A stretch of 64,000 nt of DNA, taken from assembly GCF_988242995.1 (NCBI RefSeq), contig NZ_OZ547043.1. The stretch is one strand, 5' to 3'. The notes under the pieces are model-generated. The model did no database searches. It was not told the DNA's origin and worked only from the letters and a program-made list of their open reading frames with translations. This document shows, one piece after another, positions 51,593 through 63,503 of this stretch (positions are counted from its first letter, which is position 1; each line of letters starts with the position of its first letter). Made by a program: the position numbers and the translations under genes.

Positions 51593-52975
51593 CTAAAGAC
51601 TGGCTTTCCAGAGTTCAACACGGTTTCTACCTCGTCTTTTGGCGATATACAGAGCTTCATCGGCTATTTGAATGAGGCGCTCATAGTCAGGATGACCATT
51701 AAACATGGCGGCACCGATGGAAAGTGAGAGGGCAATATCTTCGCCGTTTGCGGCTTTCAGTTTGGTTTTCTCCACCCGACTGCGAATACGTTCTGCGGTA
51801 CGTAACGTTTCGTTTTCAGAAGCTTCAGTCAAAACAATGATAAATTCATCGCCCCCGTAGCGGAAAACATAATCACTACTGCGGACGTTGTCATAAAAGG
51901 CCTGAGAGACTTTACGCAGAATTTCATCGCCAGTGTTATGGCCCCACGTATCGTTGATCTCTTTGAATTTATCAACGTCAATAATCAGCACTGACAGCGG
52001 TGTACCGGTCCGGTTGGCATGGGCAATTTCGCGTTTGAAGATCGTCGGCAGGAAACGGCGGTTAAGTAATTTCGTCAGTACATCCATACCGACTTCGTGG
52101 CGCGATACTTCTTCAAACAATTCACGCAGCAAGGTAATAATTTGCGATACGGTATTTCTTATCTGTAATAAAAATTTCACCCGTAAACTTCTGTTATTCA
52201 AATTCCTGGTGTTACGCATGGTTTGATTGAAAATACCGTCAAAATCCTGAATCAGACGGGAGATATGGCCCACTTCGGCTATGCCGCTAAAATAATGTCG
52301 ACCTTTATGGTTAAACCACAGGCCAAAATCAGCCTGGCTTAAAGGCAAACTACTGCCTAAATCAGAATCCAGCAGGACTTTATAGATAATATCTATTTCC
52401 CATGAAAGTAATGAGGCTATTTGCCGCTCTTTTTCTTCTTCGGCATTTTCCAGTAACGAGAAGATACGATAGTTTTCATCTTCTTTTGAGGCACTACTGT
52501 CACTAAAGGTAAACGCGCGGGTCATCACTTCCATAGCGATATCAATACTGTTAATAGAGAAATGGTAGACCTGAAGTTTTTCTGCGGCGGAATAATCCGA
52601 AGAGAAGATGACCGGATAGAGGATTTTTTTCAGCACCCGAAACCCCATCTCGACAATTTCTACCGGAATTCCTATGCGGGCATGCACTTCCGCAACGGTA
52701 TGCTGGATTTGTATTAGCCTTTCGACATCGTCAACCTGGGCAGAAAGCACGTTAATAATCCAGCGTTCCATCGCACTTTTCAACTGCCGCTCAACTTGTT
52801 CATTACTCAAGAATTCTTCGGCATGCGGGTCGATACGGACAATTCGGTAAAACTCAATACTCAGATAATGGGCATGCGCAACGGCAATTTCCGCGGCTTT
52901 AGCACGAATGAGCGGATCTGCTTGTTCGACAAGCCCGGTCCACTCATCTTTCATTCTTTTAAAATACATCTCCAT
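51593..52975 (-). CDS. dosC: Oxygen-sensing diguanylate cyclase (globin-coupled sensor, GGDEF)
   Basis: 460-aa ORF; globin-like N-terminus and a C-terminal GGDEF domain (…RYGGDEFIIVL…); directly upstream of dosP on the same strand. Confidence 0.9.
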   Translation of the reverse strand: MEMYFKRMKDEWTGLVEQADPLIRAKAAEIAVAHAHYLSIEFYRIVRIDPHAEEFLSNEQVERQLKSAMERWIINVLSAQVDDVERLIQIQHTVAEVHARIGIPVEIVEMGFRVLKKILYPVIFSSDYSAAEKLQVYHFSINSIDIAMEVMTRAFTFSDSSASKEDENYRIFSLLENAEEEKERQIASLLSWEIDIIYKVLLDSDLGSSLPLSQADFGLWFNHKGRHYFSGIAEVGHISRLIQDFDGIFNQTMRNTRNLNNRSLRVKFLLQIRNTVSQIITLLRELFEEVSRHEVGMDVLTKLLNRRFLPTIFKREIAHANRTGTPLSVLIIDVDKFKEINDTWGHNTGDEILRKVSQAFYDNVRSSDYVFRYGGDEFIIVLTEASENETLRTAERIRSRVEKTKLKAANGEDIALSLSIGAAMFNGHPDYERLIQIADEALYIAKRRGRNRVELWKASL

Positions 52976-53350
52976 AATTCACACCCTTATAAGGCTGGGA
53001 AAGCAGACGGAATCAAAACGAAACGCAACGTGCGAGATCGACTAACTGCACCATATTCTCCTGAAATATGAAGATATACTGAAAAGAAATAAGCGACTTA
53101 GGACAGTTTCAATCTACGCTACTGTTCTTCAGAAGAGTATAGCCCATCGTAATTATTTTTCGGTGACAGCGAATATCGTATGTTTTTTCATATTCATACA
53201 TTTTTATTAGGGGATTTATGACTGTTTAACTAAGTGTGGTTAATTGCGTAGTTAATTTGACTTAAGTAAGCATGATTACTAGTGGGATATTTCAAGAGGG
53301 TAACAAGCCGGGGGGAAAGCACCGGCTTGTTACAAAGTAAGAATGGGAGT

Positions 53351-54670
53351 TTAACTGCCCCAACGACTTTGCAGATAGCTGACCGCTTGTTGAGTCTGTG
53401 GCTTATTCAGATAGTCCTCACGGAACAAGATTGTGCCGCTAATTTCTGGCACGGCATCGTTAAGATCGAGCTGCTTTTTCAGTTCCGGTACGCCGCCGTT
53501 AATCATCCAGTCTGGCTCTATCTTTGAAGGTTCACCCACTTTATAGAAGGCGATACCGATATACAGGCGGGTCCTGGTCGGTTTAACGACATCTGCCCAC
53601 CATTTTGCCAAAACGTCATAACGTGCGGCACTCCGTGAGAACGGCCAGTAAATTTGGGGAGCAATGTAATCCAGCAATCCTTGTTCCACCCATCGACGGG
53701 TGTCAGCGTAGGATTCGTCATAGGCTGCCGCGCCTCGGGTATCGGAACCGAGCGGATCGTGTGATCGGTTACGCCACACGCCTGCCGGGCTAACGCCAAA
53801 TTCGACTTCCGGCTTAATGCTTTTAATGGTGTGCGATACCTTCGCAATTAACTGCTGAGTATTGTTGCGCCGCCAGTCTGCTTTTGACGCAAATGCGCCT
53901 CCGTATTTGCGGTACGTTTCGTTATCATTTAGCCGTGAACCCGGTGACTCAGTATAGAAATAGTCGTCAAACTGCACGCCATCTACCGGATAGCGGGAAA
54001 CCACTTCCGCGACTATTGATGTGATCCAGTCCTGAACTTCAGGGATGCCCGGGTCGAGGACAAAGCGATCGCCGGACGTTCTGATCCAGTCGCGGTGTTG
54101 CACATAGACGCTCGCTGGTTGTTGAGCCAGAGTGCTATTCAGTTCCCTGATAGTACCGGGCTTCGTATTAACCGATACGCGATAGGGGTTAAACCAGGCG
54201 TGTACTTTCATCCCACGCTTGTGGGCTTCGTCGAGCATAAATTGCAGCGGATCGTAACCTGGATTTTCACCAATCTTTCCGGTCATAAGATCGGACCACG
54301 GCAAAATTTTTGATGGCCACAGGGCGGTACCGTCCGGCTTGACCTGGAAAAAGACCGTGTTGATGCCGAGACGTTGCAGATGATCCAGTTTGTCGACCAT
54401 CGCCTGTTGTTGTACACGGGCCCGGCTGGTGGGGTTACTAATGTTAACCGAGGAAACCGGTGGCCAGTCGAGGCGAGACACTGTGGCCAGCCAGATGCCA
54501 CGCATCGGTTGTGACGATTGTTGCGTCGTAGCTGGTGGCTTCGAACCTGTTGGTGGTGTCACCATTGACTCTGGAGGCGTGCTTTTGCAACTACACAGTA
54601 AAAGTGCCAGTGCAACCAGTACCGCTGGTCTTCTAATCGCTAATTTCTCGTTTCGGGAGCAGATATCCAT
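53351..54670 (-). CDS. yddW: Lipoprotein, glycoside-hydrolase-like
   Basis: 439-aa ORF with a lipoprotein signal (…LALLLCSCKS…). Confidence 0.8.
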   Translation of the reverse strand: MDICSRNEKLAIRRPAVLVALALLLCSCKSTPPESMVTPPTGSKPPATTQQSSQPMRGIWLATVSRLDWPPVSSVNISNPTSRARVQQQAMVDKLDHLQRLGINTVFFQVKPDGTALWPSKILPWSDLMTGKIGENPGYDPLQFMLDEAHKRGMKVHAWFNPYRVSVNTKPGTIRELNSTLAQQPASVYVQHRDWIRTSGDRFVLDPGIPEVQDWITSIVAEVVSRYPVDGVQFDDYFYTESPGSRLNDNETYRKYGGAFASKADWRRNNTQQLIAKVSHTIKSIKPEVEFGVSPAGVWRNRSHDPLGSDTRGAAAYDESYADTRRWVEQGLLDYIAPQIYWPFSRSAARYDVLAKWWADVVKPTRTRLYIGIAFYKVGEPSKIEPDWMINGGVPELKKQLDLNDAVPEISGTILFREDYLNKPQTQQAVSYLQSRWGS

Positions 54671-54800
54671 ATATGCTGGTTTCCGGTAAACAGATGTGCG
54701 CTCATTCTCGTACTTATCCCGGTTAAGTCAATACGACAGCGAGCACGAAAAAGGGAGCGATGAATTATCGCTCCCTTATCTTATAACCATTCATACATGG

Positions 54801-56336
54801 TTAGTGTTTCTTGTCATTCATCACAATATAGTGTGGTGAACGTGCACGCGGGTGCAGGAAGAAGTGACCTTTTGGTGCGTTCTGACTGTTGATTGGCTCC
54901 AGAGTGACGCCGGTATTCCCTTTGCCTTTACGATCATGAACAGCATAGAGAATAAAGGGCAGGGCAAGTACCACCAGGAAACTCACGACCAGTAATTCAA
55001 CATACATATCGGTAGAGTCACCCTGGATGTTATCCGGCGGCAGGAAGGAAACAATAAACGCCATAATTGAAGTCAGCAGACCGACAACAGCCACGACCAG
55101 TTTCACCCCTTTACCACCAGGGATATTAAATGTGCGTTTTAAGTCAGGATGTTTAAGAACCAACACAATGTAGCCAATAAACAGCATGAAATAAGCACAC
55201 AGATAAATCACCACCGTCAGCGCCAGTGCGATCAGGAAGGACATGTTGTTACCGCCACCGGTATTGGTGAGGATGATCAACGCGATAGAAGTAATCACCA
55301 ACTGCGAAATGACCAGCGTTACCGGTACGCCATTTTTGTTCATTTTAGCGAATGCTGCTGGCAGCAGGTTTTTCTGCGCTGTGACATACATCCCGCGAGA
55401 AGGACCAACAATCCAGGAGGCGATTTCCGCCAGAACACCCAGCAACAGCAGTGCGGAGATCACGCGAACCGTCCACTCAATTTCCGGTGCCACATGGGAC
55501 ATCAGAACGGTAAAGGTTTGCATTACCCCTGCGGAGAGGTTGATTTCATTACCCGGAATGACCATCGCAATAGACAAACCGCCAACAGAGCTTAAGCAGA
55601 TTGCCGCCACCATCAGCAGTAACATAGCCAGTGGATAGTCGCGCCCTGGATTGCTCATTTCATTGACGTGGGTTGCGGAAGCTTCAACGCCCATATAACT
55701 CAAAATGAAGGCAACAAATACAACCAGGGTGCCCACTTTAGAGAAGTCAGGGAAGAAGGTCTTCGAATCCATTTCGATAGCAACGGGGGCACCGGAGTGC
55801 AGATAAATAGCCGCTAATGCGATCAAAATAAATGCAGGTAACAGGATACCGGCGAAGAAGCCAACTTTAGCAATTCGCGCCGTGTATTTCGTGCCACCAA
55901 ACTGCGTTAATGCCAGCGCCCAAAGAATGATGAGTGCTGCAATAGTTTTGGTAATAGGGTCTTCATTCAGCGCTGGCCATTTCAGGATGTAGGAGAGTGC
56001 CCCTAACACGAAATAGAGCATCGGAATAAAACCAATGGCGATTTGCAGATAGCCAAATGAGATCGCTGCAAATCCCCATCTCGGCCCCAGAGTATTTGAT
56101 ACCCAGGCGAAGACACCACCTTCTTCCCAGCCGTCGACGGTAGCCATTTCCGCAGCACAAAGTCCCACGGGAATAAACCATAAAATCCCGCCTAATAGCA
56201 GGAAGAAGACTAATGAAAAGCCCGATGTTGCGAAGGTAGGGTATTCATAAACAGCCATTACCATCGATGCCGTTATGGCAAAAAATCCGAGTAATGTGAG
56301 CTGCTTAGCTTTACCTGTCTGTACTGATGTAGCCAT
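54801..56336 (-). CDS. gadC: Glutamate:GABA antiporter
   Basis: 511-aa APC-family transporter; immediately downstream of the glutamate decarboxylase gene. Confidence 0.9.
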   Translation of the reverse strand: MATSVQTGKAKQLTLLGFFAITASMVMAVYEYPTFATSGFSLVFFLLLGGILWFIPVGLCAAEMATVDGWEEGGVFAWVSNTLGPRWGFAAISFGYLQIAIGFIPMLYFVLGALSYILKWPALNEDPITKTIAALIILWALALTQFGGTKYTARIAKVGFFAGILLPAFILIALAAIYLHSGAPVAIEMDSKTFFPDFSKVGTLVVFVAFILSYMGVEASATHVNEMSNPGRDYPLAMLLLMVAAICLSSVGGLSIAMVIPGNEINLSAGVMQTFTVLMSHVAPEIEWTVRVISALLLLGVLAEIASWIVGPSRGMYVTAQKNLLPAAFAKMNKNGVPVTLVISQLVITSIALIILTNTGGGNNMSFLIALALTVVIYLCAYFMLFIGYIVLVLKHPDLKRTFNIPGGKGVKLVVAVVGLLTSIMAFIVSFLPPDNIQGDSTDMYVELLVVSFLVVLALPFILYAVHDRKGKGNTGVTLEPINSQNAPKGHFFLHPRARSPHYIVMNDKKH

Positions 56337-56491
56337 ATTATCCCCCTAAAACGGTATTCCTGTCGGAACCGCACCTGTTTTGTTCTGTAGCGTATTCAGA
56401 ACAATATTTTCCGTTGCTAATGCCAGTGAACAGACTTTAGAAATTGTCCCGAAACGGGTGCGTTTCGGGACACCGTTACCGTTAAACGTTA

Positions 56492-57892
56492 TCAGGTATG
56501 TTTAAAGCTGTTCTGCTGGGCAATACCCTGCAGTTTCGGGTGATCGCTGAGATATTTCAGGGAGGCTTTGTAGTCTTCCAGCAACAGTTCAGCAAAGTCC
56601 ATTTCGAAGCCGCGACGACACATAATGCGCATCACCACGATGTCGGTGGCTTCACCGCCGAGAGTGAAGGCCGGAACCTGCCAGCCGCGCAGACGCAGAC
56701 GTTCAGAGAGGTCGTAGAGGGTGTATCCCGGGTCTTCACCATCTTTCAGTTTGAAGCAAACCGCCGGGATGCCTTCGTCCGGGCGACCGGTACAGATGAA
56801 CTCATACGGCCCCAGTTTGGCGATTTCATCCGCCAGATAAGCGGCAACCTGGTAAGAGGCGTTCTGTACTTTGGTATAGCCTTCACGACCGAGGCGCAGG
56901 AATTCATAGTACTGTGCAATTACCTGACCCGCCGGGCGGGAGAAGTTGATGGCGAAAGTACCAATCTGACCACCGAGATAGTCAACGTTGAACACCAGTT
57001 CCTGCGGCAGCGCTTCTTCATCACGCCAGATAACCCAGCCGCAGCCCAGCGGAGCCAGACCGAATTTATGGCCTGAAGCACTGATCGATTTCACACGCGG
57101 CAGGCGGAAGTCCCAGACGATATCCGGGGCGACGAACGGTGCCAGGAAGCCACCGCTGGCGGCGTCGATGTGCATGTCGATGTCGATACCGGTGTCGGCC
57201 TGGAATTTATCCAGCGCATCGTGCAGCGGTTGCGGGAACTCATAGTTACCGGTGTAGGTCACGCCGAAAGTCGGCACCACGCCGATGGTGTTTTCGTCGC
57301 AGGCTTCAATCATGCGTTTCGGGTCCATAAACAACTGACCGGGGCGCATAGGGATCTCACGCAGCTCCACATCCCAGTAGCGGGCGAATTTATGCCAGCA
57401 GATTTGCACCGGACCGCACACCAGGTTTGGTTTATCCGTTGGTTTGCCTGCAGCTTCCATACGCTTGCGCCAACGCCATTTCATCGCCATCCCGCCGAGC
57501 ATACAGGCCTCGGAAGAACCAATGGTGTTGGTGCCAACGGCCTGACCATTTTTCGGCGCAGGCGCATGCCACAGATCGGCAACCATGTTTACGCAACGCA
57601 GGTCGATTGCTGCAGATTGCGGATATTCTTCTTTGTCGATCCAGTTTTTGTTAATGGATAAATCCATCAACTTATGGACATTTTCGTCGTCCCAGGTCTG
57701 GCAGAAAGTGGCCAGGTTCTGACGAGCGTTGCCATCAAGATATAATTCGTCATTGATAATCTGGAATGCGACATCATCGCGCATTTCGTGCAGCGGAAAT
57801 CGTTTTGATTCTGCGATAGTGGAAATAGACTTCGCACCAAAACGTGAATCGAGTAGTTCCGACCTTAAATCCGTTACTTGCTTCTTATCCAT
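56492..57892 (-). CDS. gadB: Glutamate decarboxylase (PLP-dependent)
   Basis: ATG at 57890-57892 gives [37 protein letters not shown]… (466 aa); PLP-lysine motif …[15 protein letters not shown]…; called gadB rather than gadA because gadC follows. Confidence 0.9.
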   Translation of the reverse strand: MDKKQVTDLRSELLDSRFGAKSISTIAESKRFPLHEMRDDVAFQIINDELYLDGNARQNLATFCQTWDDENVHKLMDLSINKNWIDKEEYPQSAAIDLRCVNMVADLWHAPAPKNGQAVGTNTIGSSEACMLGGMAMKWRWRKRMEAAGKPTDKPNLVCGPVQICWHKFARYWDVELREIPMRPGQLFMDPKRMIEACDENTIGVVPTFGVTYTGNYEFPQPLHDALDKFQADTGIDIDMHIDAASGGFLAPFVAPDIVWDFRLPRVKSISASGHKFGLAPLGCGWVIWRDEEALPQELVFNVDYLGGQIGTFAINFSRPAGQVIAQYYEFLRLGREGYTKVQNASYQVAAYLADEIAKLGPYEFICTGRPDEGIPAVCFKLKDGEDPGYTLYDLSERLRLRGWQVPAFTLGGEATDIVVMRIMCRRGFEMDFAELLLEDYKASLKYLSDHPKLQGIAQQNSFKHT

Positions 57893-57971
57893 TTTAAACT
57901 CCTTAAAATGATTGGATCGCATTAAAAAAGTAGGATTTATCGATAAAGTAAGCAAGTGCAAAGGACTCTGG

Positions 57972-57991
57972 TTTAAATAACAAAATCCTAA
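57972..57991 (-). promoter_or_regulatory. GAD box (GadE binding site) in the gadB promoter
   Basis: The minus strand reads TTAGGATTTTGTTATTTAAA, the 20-bp GAD-box consensus, about 80 nt upstream of the gadB ATG. Confidence 0.7.
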
Positions 57992-58253
57992 TGTTATTTA
58001 TCGTGAAATATTACGAGAATAATGTTTTTTCATTAAAAAACAATACAATAGAGAATTGCTTGGTGGTAGTAAGGTGTTTTATGTTGTTATTTTTATGCGC
58101 TTTCTATGTCTCCTGAATTATCGCGTAAAAATCAGACATTAAAATATCATTATTAGCACTCGACTATTATTTTGAACGCATTTATAAAATTATTACATAA
58201 AAATGTCGAATATTGCTAAAATCCCCGCCAACGAGGTGTTGACGGGGCTGTTA

Positions 58254-61049
58254 TTATTTTGGCAATAATACTCCGGTATAGGTATTCACCGGATGAGAAA
58301 GATATTGTTTAACGGCAGTGTTAACATTCTCTACCGTCATTTGTTTCAATAATTGCTCCTGCTCAGTCCATGCTGCAGGATCGTCATATTGAATAAGACT
58401 ATTTACAATGGTGTTCGCTAATTGTTGAACGCTACGCTGTTGGATATCGAGGCTGCGCTGAACGTTTTGCTGGTATTCGTTCAGTTCTTGCTCACTGATC
58501 CCTTTAGCCAGACGCTTAACCATCACTTCATTCGCTAACGTTAACAGTTCATCATGTCGTTCTGGTTGACAAGTAAAAGCCAGCAAATGACTGATATCTT
58601 TGGCCTGAGGATCAACCGAGAGGCGAGAAGAAACGCTGTATGCCCCAGAGGCCTGTTCACGAATATTAACGCGTAGATCTTTTGCCAGTGCGACGTTAAA
58701 AGCATCGAGCGCCATACGCGTCTCCAGATTTACAGGTGTCCGGGAATCATAACGCTTCCACTGTGAAACCTGTGCCACAGGTTCATTTTGTTCTTTTACA
58801 GTAACCGATGCGTTGTCCGTCGCGCGAGTTAATGGTTTACCTGCGGCTAATGGCGAATCAGAGTGTTTGATTGATCCTAAGTAACGCGTAATTAACGGCA
58901 GGAGTTTGTCTTCTGCGACATTACCGACAATGACAAACGTGATATCCGCTGGAGATGAAAACAACTGGCGATCGGCAGCCAGCGCATCTGCGGCAGTAAA
59001 CTGTGCAATCTGATTTTCTTGCAGTAATTTCGTGCGGTCATCAGCATAGCGCGTCTCATACATCTGCTGGGCGAATTTCTCCGCTGGACGCTGGTCGAGC
59101 GTTTTCAACGCCTGAATTTGAGCATTTTGTAGCGATGCCCAAATATTATCATTAATCGTGCTGTGAGTGATTCGCTGGTTAATCAACTGGAAACCAGGTT
59201 CAGGGTTATTAGTCCGCGCGCTAACAGAGAGCAATGTATTCATGCCACTGACTTTACTGCTCATGGTTACCGAGTTTTCCGCACTCCAGCGTTTCAGGCT
59301 GGAAGAGGAGAGTTCACCAACGCCGCTTCCGCTTACTGCTTTATTTGCCAGCGCGATAAGTGATTTTTGCTGCGCAGGGAAACTTAAATCGCCTTTATTA
59401 GATACGGCAGTAATTTGTAGCTTTTGCTCTTCACCCGCGGATTTTGCCAGAATAACCCTGGCACCATTGGAAAGTGTTAATGATGTCAGATTCTCAGCCA
59501 GCGTTTCTTTGCTGCTAATTTCCGCCTGTGGGTCAACGTCTACTGTTAACGATAAATTTCTGCCTGGGAAGATGTAAGCCGCCAGCTTTTTGTTGGCGTA
59601 CTCTTTTTCCAGCGCCAGGATAGCCGCAGGAGACAATGCTTTTTTGGCGGCAACCTCATTGTTTACCATTTGCTCCCAAAATGCGTCCTGGTTCTTTCTT
59701 AACTGCTGCCATTTTTCCGCCAGACTTTGCACGGTAATTTGCTGCCACAGACGTTTCGAAAGTTGATATGTCTCTTCCGGCGACAAGAACGGCGTATTAT
59801 TTAATGAGCTGGATGCCAGGCGACTGGTCAGCATACGTAAATCACGTTCAGCTTGCTGATCAACCGCATTTTTCAGCCAGGTGAGACGGGTAGATTTGAC
59901 ATCATCGAGTTCTTCAGCAGAAAAACCATGCTGATCAATAGTTGCCAACTCTGCCATTAATGCATTCGCAGCATCCTGCATATTATCGTCTCGTGCATTT
60001 ACACGGAAAAACAGCGATTGATAATCGGGTGCAATTCTAACGCTGCGCGCAGTGCCGCCAGAAATAGTCTTCAACTCGCCCGACTGTATACGTTCCTGCA
60101 GACGTTGATTGAACAGCTGAACTAACATGCTCCATTCAGCTTGTTCGATAAAGCTTTGCTCATCGCTCACTTGCACCATTGGCAGGCGATAATAGAGTGC
60201 GATGCCGTTCACCCGGTTTTCTTTATCATTAATGATATTAAAGCGCAGGTGGTTTTCGGCTTTTGTCGGCCAGACGCGATTTTCAGCTGCTTTGTTAGCC
60301 GGAAGCTTACTTAAATTGTCCTTTATCAGCGCCAGCGCTTCTTTACTGTCGATATCGCCGACCACGATAAAGGTCATATTATTTGGTTGATACCAGCGTT
60401 GATAAAATTGGCGCAATTGTGCCGGTGTGACCGTGGCGACAGTATCCATCAGGCCGATAGGTTCACGGTCTAAATTACGGGTATTTGCCAGCAGGAAAGG
60501 GCGGCGCGCCTGAGAGGTGCGCCATTTCACATCCTGATGGGCACGCCATTCCTCAGTAATTACGCCGCGTTCAGCGTCTACTTCGAGTTTATCAAAGGTC
60601 GCGGCATTACCCCATTCACTGAATATTGCCATCACTTGTTGCAGATTTTGTTTCTGCGTAGTCGGCAAACTTACCTGATACACCGTTTCGTCATAGCTGG
60701 TATAGGCATTAACATCGCGACCAAAGCGCAGACCCATCGACTCAAATGTTTCGATGACTTTATTACCCGGCCATGTTTTTGTGCCGTTAAACATCATATG
60801 TTCTACAAAATGAGCCACGCCGCGCTCATTGTCCTCTTCCTGCAATGAACCGGTATGAATTTGCAGCCATAAATTTACCTGATCCTTTGGTTGAGCATGC
60901 GGATAAATCATATATCGCAAGCCATTGTCCAGTTGCCCGGTAATTAACTTTTCATCCTGCGGTAAGGCGGCGGCAATCAGTCGCCCGGGGAGCAACAGAG
61001 TTACCACTAACGTCAGTAAGAAACAGAGGTTTCTCATAATTATCTCCAT
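58254..61049 (-). CDS. pqqL: Periplasmic M16-family zinc metallopeptidase
   Basis: ATG at 61047-61049 gives a 931-aa product with a signal peptide (…LLLPGRLIAAALP) and the inverted zinc-binding motif HFVEH; an alternative start at 61037 cannot be excluded. Confidence 0.85.
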   Translation of the reverse strand: MEIIMRNLCFLLTLVVTLLLPGRLIAAALPQDEKLITGQLDNGLRYMIYPHAQPKDQVNLWLQIHTGSLQEEDNERGVAHFVEHMMFNGTKTWPGNKVIETFESMGLRFGRDVNAYTSYDETVYQVSLPTTQKQNLQQVMAIFSEWGNAATFDKLEVDAERGVITEEWRAHQDVKWRTSQARRPFLLANTRNLDREPIGLMDTVATVTPAQLRQFYQRWYQPNNMTFIVVGDIDSKEALALIKDNLSKLPANKAAENRVWPTKAENHLRFNIINDKENRVNGIALYYRLPMVQVSDEQSFIEQAEWSMLVQLFNQRLQERIQSGELKTISGGTARSVRIAPDYQSLFFRVNARDDNMQDAANALMAELATIDQHGFSAEELDDVKSTRLTWLKNAVDQQAERDLRMLTSRLASSSLNNTPFLSPEETYQLSKRLWQQITVQSLAEKWQQLRKNQDAFWEQMVNNEVAAKKALSPAAILALEKEYANKKLAAYIFPGRNLSLTVDVDPQAEISSKETLAENLTSLTLSNGARVILAKSAGEEQKLQITAVSNKGDLSFPAQQKSLIALANKAVSGSGVGELSSSSLKRWSAENSVTMSSKVSGMNTLLSVSARTNNPEPGFQLINQRITHSTINDNIWASLQNAQIQALKTLDQRPAEKFAQQMYETRYADDRTKLLQENQIAQFTAADALAADRQLFSSPADITFVIVGNVAEDKLLPLITRYLGSIKHSDSPLAAGKPLTRATDNASVTVKEQNEPVAQVSQWKRYDSRTPVNLETRMALDAFNVALAKDLRVNIREQASGAYSVSSRLSVDPQAKDISHLLAFTCQPERHDELLTLANEVMVKRLAKGISEQELNEYQQNVQRSLDIQQRSVQQLANTIVNSLIQYDDPAAWTEQEQLLKQMTVENVNTAVKQYLSHPVNTYTGVLLPK

Positions 61050-61093
61050 GCGAAAACCGGGCAAATTTACCCGGTTAAGTAAAATCCGAACTA

Positions 61094-63466
61094 TTAAAAT
61101 TTCATGCTGACATCAAGCCAGAAAGTACGGCCACTGGCGTAGGTCGCCACACCGGTATTCGTTGTATCAACCGCGGTTTTGCTATCCAGTACATTGAGAA
61201 TATCGGCACTGATCGTCAGGTTTTGTTGTTTCAGAAATTGTGGCGTCCAGGACAAGCGGGTGTCCCAGGTCAGGCTGCTATCCAGTTTTTCGTCAACATA
61301 CTGCTTGTAATCTGAATATTCGCTGATGTATTGCGCATTCGTCTTACCCAGGATAATGCGAGCTTTACGCGCTTCTTGCCAGGCTAGCGTATTCGCCCAC
61401 ACCAACCCGCTCGGTTGATGCGTGAAATCCATGTTTAAGGAGATCTTTAATGGGTTATTAAAATCTGCCACTGGAACGCTATCGTAAGAGACCAGATTAC
61501 GGTTATAAACCACCTGGTTATCACCGGTATTGCTTTCCTCATAACCATTGTTTAACGACAAGTTGCCCTTGCTCTTGATATAGCTAAAGACAATTTGCGG
61601 GTTAATATCTACCTGGCTGATATGCAGGGGTTCGGCCAGTTCAAAACTGAGGTTGAACGAATGCGTTTTAGTTTTGCCGTCGTTGTTATATTCAGTAATG
61701 GTGGTTTTAGTCGCGCTGTCGGTACGACTGCTTTTACTGATTTGATCATGCGCTTCACGATAAACATAGTTTGCACGCGCAATAACGTTCTTACCGATTT
61801 TCTGCTGCAACCCCATTGCCAGTTCATCGTTATAAGGCGTTTTCAAATCCTGATAACGCGTCAGGGTTTTATTGCCTGATACCGATTCCGTCCAGCTATT
61901 GCGGATATCACGTAATCCCATATCAAGAATATTACCGCCATAGTAACGGTTATAACCTGCGGTAATCATTGAGGTTTGATCAGCAAAAATATCCCATTCC
62001 GTCATAAAGCGCGGGGAGATATTGTGGTTTGACAGATAGTTGTCATAGTCATACCGCACGCCGGGCATTAATGACACATTACGCCAGCTAATGCGATCCG
62101 CCATATACAGCGTGTAGTTGTCAATTCCCAGGCTGCCTTTACCTTTATGGTAAATGGTATGGTTAGTTTTCTTTCCGGCAGCATTAATCACATAGGATTC
62201 TGACTGGTTATGGCGTTCAGTCCATGCATCGGAATAGATGTATTCCGCGCCGAAGTAGGGTTGATGAGAAACATTACCCACGGTGAATTTTTGCCAGTCC
62301 AGGCGTGTTTTGAAGGTGTAATTATCTACAGCCTGGGAAATGTGTCCTAATCCGCCACGGGTGCAACGCCCTATAATATCACCATATGTACATGAAAGTT
62401 CGGTGTACCAGATGTCATGATCGTGACGGGTATAATCACTAATATGATCCCAACCAACGGTGGTACGTAGTTTGGCCCATGCGAGCTGCGTATCCATATC
62501 CCATGCCAGACCGTAGGATTTATTACCCATTTCACGATCAGACTGCGGGAAGGTGCTGGTATTATAATCACGACTGGAGCCGGTATATTTTAATGTTAAA
62601 TCGTGGGTAAAGCGGTCGCTGGCAAACCAGGTAAATTTGCTCACTGCGGTATCGATAACGTTTTTATACTGTGCCCGACCGGCGACAATGCCGTCATTCG
62701 AAACATAATCCGCGCGGGTGATATCAGACTGGCGGCGCGATAAACCGGCGGTAACGCCGAAGTTATCAGCGAGTTCCTGATTCAACGCCAAAGTATAAAA
62801 GTTCTTTTTAAAATCTGGAGAGTAATAAGTACTTCCTGAAGAACCTTGATTAAATGCGCTCTTGTTATTCTCATCGATATGCGATGTTAACCAGTCCGAA
62901 CGCGTAGTGCGATAACCCAGTTTCACGCTGCTATCATCAGCATTGAAGCGTTTGATCTTTGCATCAATTACCCCGCCATTGAAGCGACCAAATTCAACCG
63001 GCACAAAACTGTCATAAAGCGTCACATTGTCAAGTAAGCTGACATCTAGATAATACCCCTGTGACATCCCGCTAATATTGGTTGCACTACTGGCATCGGA
63101 CTCATTCGCTGGGTTCAGGTTATTAGTTGCACTAATACCATCAATCAAATAGGCATTCTGGTAGGGCGACGCACCGTGAATAGAGATTTTCTCCGGGCGA
63201 ATATCTCCCTGGTTCAACGAGGTACTTTGCGTTGAATCCATGCGCACAGCAGGGTTGGTTCTCAGCAGATCGCTGATATTGCCATTCCCGGTCGGTAAAC
63301 GCTCGATGCTTTCACTGGTGTAATGCGTGTTGCCGTTTACGGGTACAGGGACAGGAGCATAGACCGTCATCTCTTCAAAAACATGCATGTACATATTTTT
63401 GTCATCGACGGCCTGCGCCACATCAGCGCCACATAAAATGACGCCAGGAATAAGAACTCGCTTCAT
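61094..63466 (-). CDS. yddB: TonB-dependent-receptor-like outer membrane protein
   Basis: 790-aa ORF with signal peptide MKRVLIPGVILCGADVAQA, a beta-barrel and the C-terminal …DVSMKF. Confidence 0.85.
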   Translation of the reverse strand: MKRVLIPGVILCGADVAQAVDDKNMYMHVFEEMTVYAPVPVPVNGNTHYTSESIERLPTGNGNISDLLRTNPAVRMDSTQSTSLNQGDIRPEKISIHGASPYQNAYLIDGISATNNLNPANESDASSATNISGMSQGYYLDVSLLDNVTLYDSFVPVEFGRFNGGVIDAKIKRFNADDSSVKLGYRTTRSDWLTSHIDENNKSAFNQGSSGSTYYSPDFKKNFYTLALNQELADNFGVTAGLSRRQSDITRADYVSNDGIVAGRAQYKNVIDTAVSKFTWFASDRFTHDLTLKYTGSSRDYNTSTFPQSDREMGNKSYGLAWDMDTQLAWAKLRTTVGWDHISDYTRHDHDIWYTELSCTYGDIIGRCTRGGLGHISQAVDNYTFKTRLDWQKFTVGNVSHQPYFGAEYIYSDAWTERHNQSESYVINAAGKKTNHTIYHKGKGSLGIDNYTLYMADRISWRNVSLMPGVRYDYDNYLSNHNISPRFMTEWDIFADQTSMITAGYNRYYGGNILDMGLRDIRNSWTESVSGNKTLTRYQDLKTPYNDELAMGLQQKIGKNVIARANYVYREAHDQISKSSRTDSATKTTITEYNNDGKTKTHSFNLSFELAEPLHISQVDINPQIVFSYIKSKGNLSLNNGYEESNTGDNQVVYNRNLVSYDSVPVADFNNPLKISLNMDFTHQPSGLVWANTLAWQEARKARIILGKTNAQYISEYSDYKQYVDEKLDSSLTWDTRLSWTPQFLKQQNLTISADILNVLDSKTAVDTTNTGVATYASGRTFWLDVSMKF

Positions 63467-63503
63467 TTATTTTTATCTCCGTACAGCAGGGCTTTTATTG
63501 TTT

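Noticed and set aside
56447-56473. Palindrome gtcccgaaacg-ggtg-cgtttcgggac between gadB and gadC as a terminator
   Set aside because: gadB and gadC are expected to be co-transcribed and the hairpin lacks a clear U-tract; it may be an attenuator or RNA-processing site, but the evidence is too weak to annotate.
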